The position numbers and the translations under genes are program-made. Of a stretch of 64,000 bases of DNA, positions 39,579-48,370 are shown piece after piece. The notes beneath the pieces are model-generated. The model was not told where the DNA came from. It did no database searches and saw nothing but the letters and a program-made list of their open reading frames with translations. Origin of the DNA: Giardia intestinalis (lineage: Eukaryota). The stretch lies in the NCBI GenBank assembly GCA_000002435.2, contig CM018789.1. One strand, written 5' to 3'. The number at the start of each line of letters is the position of its first letter. Within the stretch, counting starts at the first letter, position 1.

Positions 39579-41114
39579 ATGGATAGGCTCATCGCCACAT
39601 TTTCTGGGTTACGCTGGATCCATGACGAGCAATCCTTTGGGCGAATTATGTGTTACGTTACCGCATTCGCCAAGGCTCTTCCACAAATGGTAGACAACTG
39701 CTCTACGACGCGCTCAAAGAAGCTTGTGTACGTTGGGCGAGATGGAAGGAACACTGGGGATGAATACCCTAAGTACATTATCGCAGCCCTCCTTCTGGAA
39801 GGTTTTAACGTTAAATACCTTGACATTGTTCCCACCCCTACAGTGCAGCAGTTGGTCCGTAACTCCCAGTGCGCAGGAGGAGTGATCGCGACTGCTTCTC
39901 ACAATCCCCCCAAGTGGAATGGACTTAAGTTTGTTGGGCCCAGTAGCATATTCCTCACCCCAGACGAGTGTACTCGTGTGTATAGTTGTGTCACCGAAGA
40001 TATGCTTCAAAAGGAGTATCACAGCTTCATGACCAAACATCCACATACAGTGCTAGTACAGGAGATCGCCGATTCCATTCAGAATAAAAAGACGTACACC
40101 CACAATAAGGCGAAAATGGAATATGTGGGGTCTGACGATGCCATAGCTGAGCACATAAAGCATGTTCTTGCACAGACTCCTCTAGTTAATGCTGCCTCCA
40201 TCCGTGAATCAAACTTCTCAATAGGTTTCTCTGGGTGCAATGCGTCTGGTGCCATGTATATCGTCTCTCTATGCGAGCACTTGGGCGTCAGTCTCAAGGT
40301 ACCTTACATGATGGAGCCAGGTCCACTTCCGCTACAGCCAGAGCCTATTCCAGAAAACCTTGTCCAGTTTGGACAGGCTATAAAGGACCAAGGAGACGTC
40401 CACGTGGGATTTGCAGTTGACCCCGATGCTGATAGACTGGTTATTCTTACTGAGACGGGCGTGCCGCTGGGAGAGGACTACACCCTTGCTCTGTGTGTTG
40501 ACTACGCCCTTTCTCTTCAGCCTCCGGGCGAGTATCATATAGTGACGAATATCAGTACATCCCTAGTCGTTGCAGATGCGTGCAGAAAGCATGAGGAAAG
40601 GGGCGTCAAGGGTGTACTGCACTACACCGCAGTAGGAGAGGTCAACGTGGCACTCAAGATGCTTGAACTGGGCGATAGGTGTCTTGTTGGCGGTGAGGGG
40701 AACGGCGGCGTGATGCTTCCGTCTGCGCACATAGGCCGTGACAGCATCGTGGCGATTGTCCTTGTTCTCTCATGGCTTGCTAAGATGCGCAAGCTTCACG
40801 GAGAGAGGCCAATTAGCGAGCTTGTTGCAGAACGATTCCAGAAATACTATATTAAGAAGAACAAGTATACCATAGCACCAGAGAAGCGAGCTAAGCTTGA
40901 CAAGAAGCTGCAGGCCTTGGCGCAAGAAGCCTCCGAGTATGACGTTGACACTGTTGATGGGGTAAAGTTCACATCCGTCAGCTCTCGTAAGTGGGTTCAT
41001 ATGCGCTTTAGCAACACTGAGCCTATTATTCGTATAATTTCAGAGGCACCGTCTGAAGACGAGGCGGTCGAACTGATTAAGAATTATGAGAAGGCGCTTT
41101 CTTTGATTACCTAA
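39579..41114 (+). CDS. Alpha-D-phosphohexomutase (PMM/PGM type, ManB/AlgC-like), 511 aa.
   Basis: Active-site Ser loop IATASHNPPKWNGLKF (TGSHNPPDYNGFK in PMM/PGM). Metal-binding loop GFAVDPDADRL (DGDGDR-type). Sugar-binding GGEGNGG-type loop. ATG preceded by cattttaaatttatcgacg. Confidence 0.75.
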   Translation: MDRLIATFSGLRWIHDEQSFGRIMCYVTAFAKALPQMVDNCSTTRSKKLVYVGRDGRNTGDEYPKYIIAALLLEGFNVKYLDIVPTPTVQQLVRNSQCAGGVIATASHNPPKWNGLKFVGPSSIFLTPDECTRVYSCVTEDMLQKEYHSFMTKHPHTVLVQEIADSIQNKKTYTHNKAKMEYVGSDDAIAEHIKHVLAQTPLVNAASIRESNFSIGFSGCNASGAMYIVSLCEHLGVSLKVPYMMEPGPLPLQPEPIPENLVQFGQAIKDQGDVHVGFAVDPDADRLVILTETGVPLGEDYTLALCVDYALSLQPPGEYHIVTNISTSLVVADACRKHEERGVKGVLHYTAVGEVNVALKMLELGDRCLVGGEGNGGVMLPSAHIGRDSIVAIVLVLSWLAKMRKLHGERPISELVAERFQKYYIKKNKYTIAPEKRAKLDKKLQALAQEASEYDVDTVDGVKFTSVSSRKWVHMRFSNTEPIIRIISEAPSEDEAVELIKNYEKALSLIT

Positions 41115-41214
41115 GGTCTAGACTAAGGTCTAGAGATGCACACACCTGTGAAGCAGCTCAAGCTTTTGGTAAATTCTCCTCGTTTTATTTCTGTTTAAAA
41201 AAGGCGAAAATTAG

Positions 41215-42180
41215 ATGCCCAGAGAGCCAGTCTCCACAGCAAAGATCTTTGGCGACCAGCCAGAGCAGGCCAGGGATCATGCAGTGAAAGTACGGAATAA
41301 TCTCCAATGGCTAGAGGCTTTATTAGACGAGCTAGCACATTTTGCTGCCTCTGCCCGCAGGCTCAGTCATATAGCGTCTTCAATTCCGCACCCAAACATT
41401 TTAGGAATGGATATGACTAACTTTTACAACGCATGTCAGGTGCTACAGATGGCAGGAGTGAAGCTTAGCTCTGTAGCCAACACCCAATCCAGAGCTAGGA
41501 TCCACAACGCAGTCGCTAATTTTACCGGCGAGCTGTCTCGTGCATCGTCAAATATATATTTAGAAAGCAAGAGGAGAGCAGGCAATAGGCCATTCCTTAG
41601 CAGCTCCAAGAGCCCTGAGGCGTCCACCAGTGGCAGCAAACATATCATAGACCATATGCCAAGGATTTTGGAAATGCTGGAGGCGGCGGATTGCGAGGCC
41701 TCCAATCTGTTTGAAAGAAACCTTCAGGAACTTATGGAGGCTATGAAATCGTTTACAGAAGTGGCTAGCAAGGCTGCAGAGATTCTCTCCACAGAGGTTA
41801 ACTCTGCTGATTTGGGTGCTGCCATGGAGGGGTTTTTGGTGGCAGGAGAAAGACGCCAGCTTCCAGTGGACTGCCTCGACTACCGAGCCGGGTATGCTCC
41901 GGTGTTGTACAACGATGAAGATAACGATGATTATATCATCAATGCATATAACAGGAACTCTGTGAACCCAGTATCTGCCCTATCTGCGCGTGAGAGCCTG
42001 TCAGGGAGCGGTCTGGGAAGTTCTTACAAAGCACGATCTCCTGCATTCGGTAGCAAGGGGCCACGCTCTCCGTCTTCGAAGACGACATCACTACTTCAGA
42101 TTATCATGCAACGACAACAGAATCCTCACGAGTGCGACGAGTTGGAAGAGGAAGAGGAAGAGAGGTCCAGCAGCGGCTAG
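41215..42180 (+). CDS. Hypothetical protein, 321 aa, with a Ser-rich and acidic (EEEEEE) C-terminus.
   Basis: ATG-initiated ORF with A/T-rich upstream (ctgtttaaaaaaggcgaaaatt). No family recognised. Confidence 0.4.
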   Translation: MPREPVSTAKIFGDQPEQARDHAVKVRNNLQWLEALLDELAHFAASARRLSHIASSIPHPNILGMDMTNFYNACQVLQMAGVKLSSVANTQSRARIHNAVANFTGELSRASSNIYLESKRRAGNRPFLSSSKSPEASTSGSKHIIDHMPRILEMLEAADCEASNLFERNLQELMEAMKSFTEVASKAAEILSTEVNSADLGAAMEGFLVAGERRQLPVDCLDYRAGYAPVLYNDEDNDDYIINAYNRNSVNPVSALSARESLSGSGLGSSYKARSPAFGSKGPRSPSSKTTSLLQIIMQRQQNPHECDELEEEEEERSSSG

Positions 42181-44504
42181 GCGTCTGTCGTTTGCTTGCT
42201 AACAACACTTAGTTTTGCGATTAACCTTTTTGTCACAGCAGTGAGGTTTGCCTTATCATTTTTAAGAGCTTCTATCTCCGATCGCAGTGCAGCTATCTCT
42301 GCAGAAGAGCCAGAGTCCTCTCTTTTCCCGCTACTACTGTGTAAACCTCCTAGCTCGGCTCTCAGTTTGTCATTTTCTTCTTTGTATGCTAGAAGCTTAT
42401 CATTCGTTACTCGTTTCATTGTCTCATATCTCTCTGTAGCTTGTTCAAACATTGTCTTAAATTGCTGCTGCTTGCTTTCGTACTTGTCGAGGCGGTCCAT
42501 CATGGTTCTGTCGCGCTCTTTCAGGGCTTGATATTTTTCTGTCAGTCTGTCGAAGCCACTCTTCAAGGAGTCAAGCTCTCCTTGCAGTGCTAGGTTTTGG
42601 AGATAGAGCTGTGTAGAGGCGCCTGTGGAAACAGACTCTGTCTGCATGTTCAGCAGTGTGTCATTGTAGTTGTTGATCTTCTCCACATATTCCCGAATCT
42701 GTAGTTTGGCGCTATTGAGTTGGGCTTCCAAGTCTTTGTTTGTTTGACGAAGAGCGTTAAGTTCTTCCATGCTAGAATAATTGCTTTGCAAACCCAGTGG
42801 CCTCTGCAGAGACTCACCACGCTCTACCGTGTCCTTCCTATCTATGGAGTAGCCTGTGTAACCAGCGGAGTTGGGGACAGTGCCACCATGGCCTGAAAGA
42901 CCTGCATAGCTCGATATCCCCATGCCTGGAGAGGCCATAGATACCGACTGGGATGGACCTATGGGAGGGACGCCCATCACACCCGTGACGCGCCTGCTTG
43001 CATTAGTCTTGCCCAAGTTGTTGACATAGGAGAGTATATCGTCCATATTCATGGTTTCATTTGCATCTGAGGCATACACGCTCTGTGAAGACACCAGGTT
43101 TCGGGCTTGTTCCAGAAGATTCATAGTTGTATCTGCATCTTGCGGTGCTTGGCTTTCATTGAAGAACGTTGGTCCCAGACTTGCTTCACGTATAAACTGC
43201 TCAAGAGCATCTCCTGGTGTCTTCACTACAGGCTGGGACTTCTTTGCAAAGGGCGGTGTGGATGTATGAATGACTGGTGCAACCTTGTGTGTCGAATTGG
43301 CCACGTTATCAAGTGCTGCGTTCACATCAGCCACTCCAATCATATCTTCGATACTTTCCCGAGCAGATGGTGTCGCGCTCAGGCCACTCATGGCTCCGAT
43401 GATGCTTGCCCCACCAGTGGACCCAAAGGTGACGACAGGATGGGAGTTCATTTCTTCTTGAATGGATGGTCGGAAGGACTGGAGGGAGTGACCAGTCATG
43501 GAGGCACTCTGTGGCGGAAGAAACGTAGAGCCAGACCCTAATTCTGGCTGATGGTGGCGTAGGTCTGGGATGGATGTAGGGGCCTTACCAGGGGTAGAGG
43601 TGATATTGATAGAGTTCTCATCAAATTTGACTGTCTTTGATAGAGTGCCAACAAGCTTCGACGATGTTCCATAGAGAGAGGTGTTGCTATCAGCACCCCT
43701 AACGGAGAACATGCCGCAGAGAATCCTTGCATATGCCTCTACTCCCTTTGCAGAAAATGTCTTTGTGTCGTATCCGCCTGCCGAAACTGCTTGCGCGGCC
43801 ATGGACGAGAGGCCATAATGCACCGTGCTTTCGCAGGCAAGCTCCAGTATCTGCTGCTTCACCTCCAACGGAAGAGGAGACGTGTTTTCTGGTTCGTCAC
43901 AGATCGCCGAGAACTTCTCTTTGAAGAAGTTGGAGTACTGCTGGTCAAAAATGAAGAGTAGTATAGCTTCCCAGGCTGCTTGGGACAGCGGAACCTCTTG
44001 ACAGATTGTATACACACAGTCCATCGCCTGATTCGAACGATCCCGAAGGCAATATGCTAGGATCTCGTGTGCTACCGGTGCAATATGAAGGGGGGAAACT
44101 TTAGAGAATTCTATCAGAATTGAAGACAAGAACGGTGTAAAGGTCTTTCGCTTTTCGTGTAGCTGCTTCATCAGTGGCTGAATTGACCCTGGGACCAGGA
44201 TAGAAATGTACGGCCTCATGTCGTCCTTCGTTAAATGGTCGTTGATATAGATCAAGGCCTGCAGGCGGACAAACCAATGCATTCGGTTGCTGTCAAGGCT
44301 CTGAAACCTCTGTGTAAGGTGAGTAAGCTTATCCCCTGCAATAGCCTTGTCTACAAGGGGCGGAGTGGGAAGAGTCGCCGAAGGAGCTACTGAGAGGTAT
44401 GCACGAGCCTGTGACAAGAGGTCTACCTCAGCAGTTGGCTGCATGTCTACGAGGCTGACCCGGGAGTTGCGTAGAAAGGAGGTTTCGGGCGCCTTTCCAT
44501 CCAT
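42177..44504 (-). CDS. Helical-repeat plus C-terminal coiled-coil protein, 775 aa (possibly TACC-like or a centrosomal/cytoskeletal adaptor; unassigned).
   Basis: The N-terminal ~250 aa are alpha-helical-repeat-like. The C-terminal ~220 aa have strong heptad periodicity (ELNALRQTNKDLEAQLNSAKLQIREY...KLRAELGGL). A/T-rich upstream. Confidence 0.45.
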   Translation of the reverse strand: MDGKAPETSFLRNSRVSLVDMQPTAEVDLLSQARAYLSVAPSATLPTPPLVDKAIAGDKLTHLTQRFQSLDSNRMHWFVRLQALIYINDHLTKDDMRPYISILVPGSIQPLMKQLHEKRKTFTPFLSSILIEFSKVSPLHIAPVAHEILAYCLRDRSNQAMDCVYTICQEVPLSQAAWEAILLFIFDQQYSNFFKEKFSAICDEPENTSPLPLEVKQQILELACESTVHYGLSSMAAQAVSAGGYDTKTFSAKGVEAYARILCGMFSVRGADSNTSLYGTSSKLVGTLSKTVKFDENSINITSTPGKAPTSIPDLRHHQPELGSGSTFLPPQSASMTGHSLQSFRPSIQEEMNSHPVVTFGSTGGASIIGAMSGLSATPSARESIEDMIGVADVNAALDNVANSTHKVAPVIHTSTPPFAKKSQPVVKTPGDALEQFIREASLGPTFFNESQAPQDADTTMNLLEQARNLVSSQSVYASDANETMNMDDILSYVNNLGKTNASRRVTGVMGVPPIGPSQSVSMASPGMGISSYAGLSGHGGTVPNSAGYTGYSIDRKDTVERGESLQRPLGLQSNYSSMEELNALRQTNKDLEAQLNSAKLQIREYVEKINNYNDTLLNMQTESVSTGASTQLYLQNLALQGELDSLKSGFDRLTEKYQALKERDRTMMDRLDKYESKQQQFKTMFEQATERYETMKRVTNDKLLAYKEENDKLRAELGGLHSSSGKREDSGSSAEIAALRSEIEALKNDKANLTAVTKRLIAKLSVVSKQTTDA

Positions 44505-44709
44505 ATCACTAGATATTTTTGAATTTTATTTTCAGGAGAGAGTACCAGGTAGTGCGGCAGCACAGACCGACACTGACACGACGATGCTGCGACCATATGA
44601 CTTTCTTCGTACTTCACGCAACTTCAATGCACTGATTAGTTTCTAAAAAGTTCCACGTATAATTTTATCAAAATATAAAATTATACTTTTACTTCCTGAA
44701 TTAAGAGAT

Positions 44710-45087
44710 ATGGATGCACTGCCGTCCATCTGTACTCTGTCCTACGGGAACACTGTGGTAAACGTGCAGCACTTGCCATTCCACGTGGGGAGCAGCCCAA
44801 ACATGGATCTCCAGATAGGGGAGGACTTTTTTTCCTCACACCAGTTTTCCCTCTCAACAGATATCACAGGAAGGCTCCATGCATGTGTCGTTGATCCCTC
44901 TGGCCTGTACGTTGACGGCGTTTATTACCCCAACAACTCTCCCCGCATTCTCTTGCAGAAGAGTTCCACCGTAGGAACCCAAAAGTTACAGCTCAACGTT
45001 GTCCAAACGGGGTCTCCCTCAGTGATCGAGCGTCCTGTTGGCTTTGTCAGCGAGAAGGTCCTTTCATATGTGGGCTTCAACCAGTGA
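44710..45087 (+). CDS. Small protein with a possible FHA-like fold, 125 aa.
   Basis: TVVNVQHLPFHVGSSPNMDLQIGEDFFSSHQFSLST...VVDPSGLYVDGVYY loosely fits FHA (fhiGR.....l.d..vSr.Ha.i.......D.gS.NGt.vNg). Very A/T-rich upstream. Confidence 0.3.
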   Translation: MDALPSICTLSYGNTVVNVQHLPFHVGSSPNMDLQIGEDFFSSHQFSLSTDITGRLHACVVDPSGLYVDGVYYPNNSPRILLQKSSTVGTQKLQLNVVQTGSPSVIERPVGFVSEKVLSYVGFNQ

Positions 45088-46024
45088 AGTTTATAGCAAT
45101 CCTATAGATCCAGATGCCCACTATCCCCAAAAGCACGAGTATTATGGTTATCCATACGCATTTTCCGATGCTGGCAACCTTCTTTCTGACGTCAGCGGTT
45201 GACTTATGCAGCTCCTTGACGTCGGTGACTGCGGTTTCCATTTTCTCGTCAACAACCTCAATTACCTCTCCAATTTGATTAAGCTTCTCTTCAATCTGAT
45301 TTGTCTGTGCTTTAGCACGATTAACAGCACCTATTAGTATCTTAAGATCTTCGTTAAACTCTTGCTCCATGCTTGCAAGTTTGTCCCGAGCCTCCTCTGC
45401 GTTAGCATGGACAGGCAGGAGCTCGTCTATCTTGCTCATCTTTGTCCCAGAGCTCCCAAACAATGGGGCAGAAGGAACCATGGGCGAACCAATGTCTGTC
45501 CGTTGGAATGCGCGTTCACGCTCTTCTTCCGTGAAGGCCCTGCAGTAGTCATCTATCAAAGCAGCCATCTCCTTGCATTCCTGGCAGTTCTTTTGGGCGA
45601 GCGCGCGAGCATCACCGGAGCTGCTGTTTAGTTCGCGCTCACATTTTCTTTCTAGCTCTCGGAACTGGTCAACATTTTCCTTAAGCCCCCGAATTTTCTC
45701 TCTTATCTCTTGCGAAAGAAAGGGTATCTTTGTGTTAGATGGGTTCCTCTTGATCATTGCATCACGCTCTTCCAGGGATTTACGTAGTTCATTGATGTGC
45801 AGTTGCGAGATAATGCGAAGGTTCTCTATTATGTCTGCCTCTTTCTGCTCAATCCCCGCATCCCGCTCCTGTAGATCCTTCACACTGCTCTGGTATGGCT
45901 CCCCGGCCGCCTCCTCGTAGATGCGTAAGAGACGTTCTCGAACAGAGTACATCAGCTTTTTTACCAGCTCTGCTTTTTCTTTCTCTTTTGCAAGTATGTT
46001 CAAATATTTATTGCACATTGCCAT
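45077..46024 (-). CDS. Syntaxin-like Qa-SNARE (tail-anchored), ~315 aa. Start placed at the ATG at 46024 (MAMCNKYL...) instead of the upstream ATG at 46090, which would overlap the divergent gene.
   Basis: SNARE motif ...NQIGEVIEVVDEKMETAVTDVKELHKSTADVRKKV parallels syntaxin ...[33 protein letters not shown]. It is followed by the TM anchor CVWITIILVLLGIVGIWIY. Confidence 0.5.
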   Translation of the reverse strand: MAMCNKYLNILAKEKEKAELVKKLMYSVRERLLRIYEEAAGEPYQSSVKDLQERDAGIEQKEADIIENLRIISQLHINELRKSLEERDAMIKRNPSNTKIPFLSQEIREKIRGLKENVDQFRELERKCERELNSSSGDARALAQKNCQECKEMAALIDDYCRAFTEEERERAFQRTDIGSPMVPSAPLFGSSGTKMSKIDELLPVHANAEEARDKLASMEQEFNEDLKILIGAVNRAKAQTNQIEEKLNQIGEVIEVVDEKMETAVTDVKELHKSTADVRKKVASIGKCVWITIILVLLGIVGIWIYRIAINFTG

Positions 46025-46045
46025 TATTCCATTTTCTAAATTGAA

Positions 46046-48370
46046 ATGCCTGAACAAGGCCTGCACCACCAGCACGGGTACTATAGACATACTGCGGTGT
46101 TGAGTAAGTTTTCGTTAGGGAAACTATGCAGGGCACATCGGTCTTCAGATGCTGTGCCCGTTTTAACCTGCAATATAGGTCTAGATGCCTTGCGTCAATC
46201 AGAGCAAGAGGGCTTTGTTCGTGCCGCAAATAACTTTTTAGGGAATCACCATTATAATCTTATTAAATACAACTCTATCATATTAGACGACGAAGGCCGA
46301 CAGGCACACTTGGAAGCAGATCTGTGGAACGGGGAGACACTTGAAAAGTTTGTGTGGGAGACTCGCAAGGCACACAACGGTCTACCAGAGGCTGATGTGT
46401 GGCTCATTATTGCACAGGTAGTGAGTGGGATCCACTTTTTGTGCAGCACACACAACTCTGATGAGGTCTTTGCAATCCTTTCCCCACAGACAATCATCAT
46501 ATGTGATAACTGCTGCCTGAAGCTATGCGTGTATGGTGAGTGGATCAAGTACTGTCACACTCTCTATAACGATAAGACAACCGGGCAATCTCTTATTTTG
46601 GATGAGCTACATAGATTGATATTATATTTGACCGGCAACCTTATTGACACATACAGTGGAGCTCTTCAGGACTTCTATGCTGGCTGCAAGCACCATAGTA
46701 CCTCACTGAGAACCAAGACGCTTGGACTCATAAGGTGCCCGGAGATACAACATGCTCTTGTCGTAGCCAGGAGCAACGCAGGGCTGGTGCTACGCCTACC
46801 ACCCAGGCCTGTGCACCCTCACGCTACGTACCCAACAGAGGAACCGGGTGACGCTAAGGGCAGCAACAGCACATCTCTGCGGAGCCCTTCAAGTTCTGAT
46901 GCAGAAGACGCTGCGTCGATTGCTGAGTTCTGTGGTAATGCAAAAGATGCTTCGATGCTGATAGACATGTATTCGTCACCCGGTTGTGATATCGGGCTTC
47001 TTACTCTTGAGGCCATGGTGTGTGTAGGTGATCTGCAAGGAGTGAGAGATGTCGCTTGGATCATGCTACAGCGTGGTCTGGTATCTGAGGTGTTTCAGCT
47101 AGCACTCTCAATGAAGAATGGAGACATAATTGCTACAATCATAGACTTTGCTGAAGAACACAAACTGCGTCTGCGACTACCTGTGCAACAAGCAGTGTTT
47201 TCTGACAGCCAAACAAACCTCATACGCGCAGCTCAAACTAAGGAGAAGGGCTTTCAGTTATCGCAGGAAGATATGTCGGATATGGGGAAGATATACGGGT
47301 CCAAAACAAGCTGCTACTGTACGGCATTGATGACTGCGGCCTTTTACGGCAATGATGAGGCAGTGGTTCAGCTGCTCGGTGAGCTGGGAATCTATGACTA
47401 CTATGGTCTGACCGCACTTCAATATGGATGCATAAATGCATCGTGGTCTCGCCTACGATACTTGATTCCAGAGATGAAAATGAGCAGGGTGACATGGCTG
47501 ATGGTTTATGCAGCACTGGGAGACGTTGATAACGTACAGAAATGCATCGAAGAACTACATGGCCAAACACACTATGGTTATACTGCACTTATGTTTGCAG
47601 CTAGCAACAATCACATTGATTGCGTGAAGTTACTCCTTCAAGAGGCAGGGTCCAAGACCCAGAGTGGGCGGACAGCACTCATTCTGGCTGCGCTACAAGG
47701 CCACGTGGCATGTGTGCAGGCCCTGTATCCTCTTGAAAAGGATCTTCTGACGAATGGTGGCGGAACCGCCTTGATGGCTGCGGCCGAGGGACAATCTCTG
47801 GAGTGTGGTAGGTGCCTTATTAAACAGGCCGGAATGCGAAGTCGGGATGGATATACGGCTATCATGTGGGCCGCCCAGACCGGCTCTGCAGGGCTTGTGA
47901 AGTTGCTCTTGGAAAACGAGGCTGGTTACCAAAACAAGAGTGGCTGGTCTGCACTGATGCTAGCAACCGTGAATAATCACTGGGAGTGCGTAGAGCTTCT
48001 TGCTCCTCGGGAAGCAGGACTACTACGGCCAGGAAAGCACACGGCTCTTATGCTAGCTGCGGAATGTGGATACCACAAGTGCGTTGAGATCCTCTTACCC
48101 TACGAGAAAAGAATGCAGAACACAGATGGATATACTGCTTTAATGTATGCAGCTGACGGGTGCCACGTAGAGTGTGTTTCGGCCCTTGCAAGGTACGAGT
48201 TTGACATAAAAGACGCTGCTAAAAGAACGGCCCTCATGCGCGTACGTAAGCGCGTAAGTGACCCCTCGTTCGCTAGAAAGGATGATGCTCAAGACTGCCT
48301 TGATATTCTCACTGAGTTACTAAAACCGAAGTCTATGCTTCCAGAGAATTTAATGCCTTTAGCAGATTAA
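46046..48370 (+). CDS. Ankyrin-repeat protein with a degenerate N-terminal kinase-like region (Giardia NEK-like pseudokinase / Protein 21.1 type), 774 aa.
   Basis: At least 8 ankyrin repeats (YTALMFAASNNHIDCVKLLL, RTALILAALQGHVACVQALY, GTALMAAAEGQSLECGRCLI, YTAIMWAAQTGSAGLVKLLL, HTALMLAAECGYHKCVEILL ...). The N-terminal ~300 aa are kinase-like but lack an HRD motif. Confidence 0.6.
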   Translation: MPEQGLHHQHGYYRHTAVLSKFSLGKLCRAHRSSDAVPVLTCNIGLDALRQSEQEGFVRAANNFLGNHHYNLIKYNSIILDDEGRQAHLEADLWNGETLEKFVWETRKAHNGLPEADVWLIIAQVVSGIHFLCSTHNSDEVFAILSPQTIIICDNCCLKLCVYGEWIKYCHTLYNDKTTGQSLILDELHRLILYLTGNLIDTYSGALQDFYAGCKHHSTSLRTKTLGLIRCPEIQHALVVARSNAGLVLRLPPRPVHPHATYPTEEPGDAKGSNSTSLRSPSSSDAEDAASIAEFCGNAKDASMLIDMYSSPGCDIGLLTLEAMVCVGDLQGVRDVAWIMLQRGLVSEVFQLALSMKNGDIIATIIDFAEEHKLRLRLPVQQAVFSDSQTNLIRAAQTKEKGFQLSQEDMSDMGKIYGSKTSCYCTALMTAAFYGNDEAVVQLLGELGIYDYYGLTALQYGCINASWSRLRYLIPEMKMSRVTWLMVYAALGDVDNVQKCIEELHGQTHYGYTALMFAASNNHIDCVKLLLQEAGSKTQSGRTALILAALQGHVACVQALYPLEKDLLTNGGGTALMAAAEGQSLECGRCLIKQAGMRSRDGYTAIMWAAQTGSAGLVKLLLENEAGYQNKSGWSALMLATVNNHWECVELLAPREAGLLRPGKHTALMLAAECGYHKCVEILLPYEKRMQNTDGYTALMYAADGCHVECVSALARYEFDIKDAAKRTALMRVRKRVSDPSFARKDDAQDCLDILTELLKPKSMLPENLMPLAD

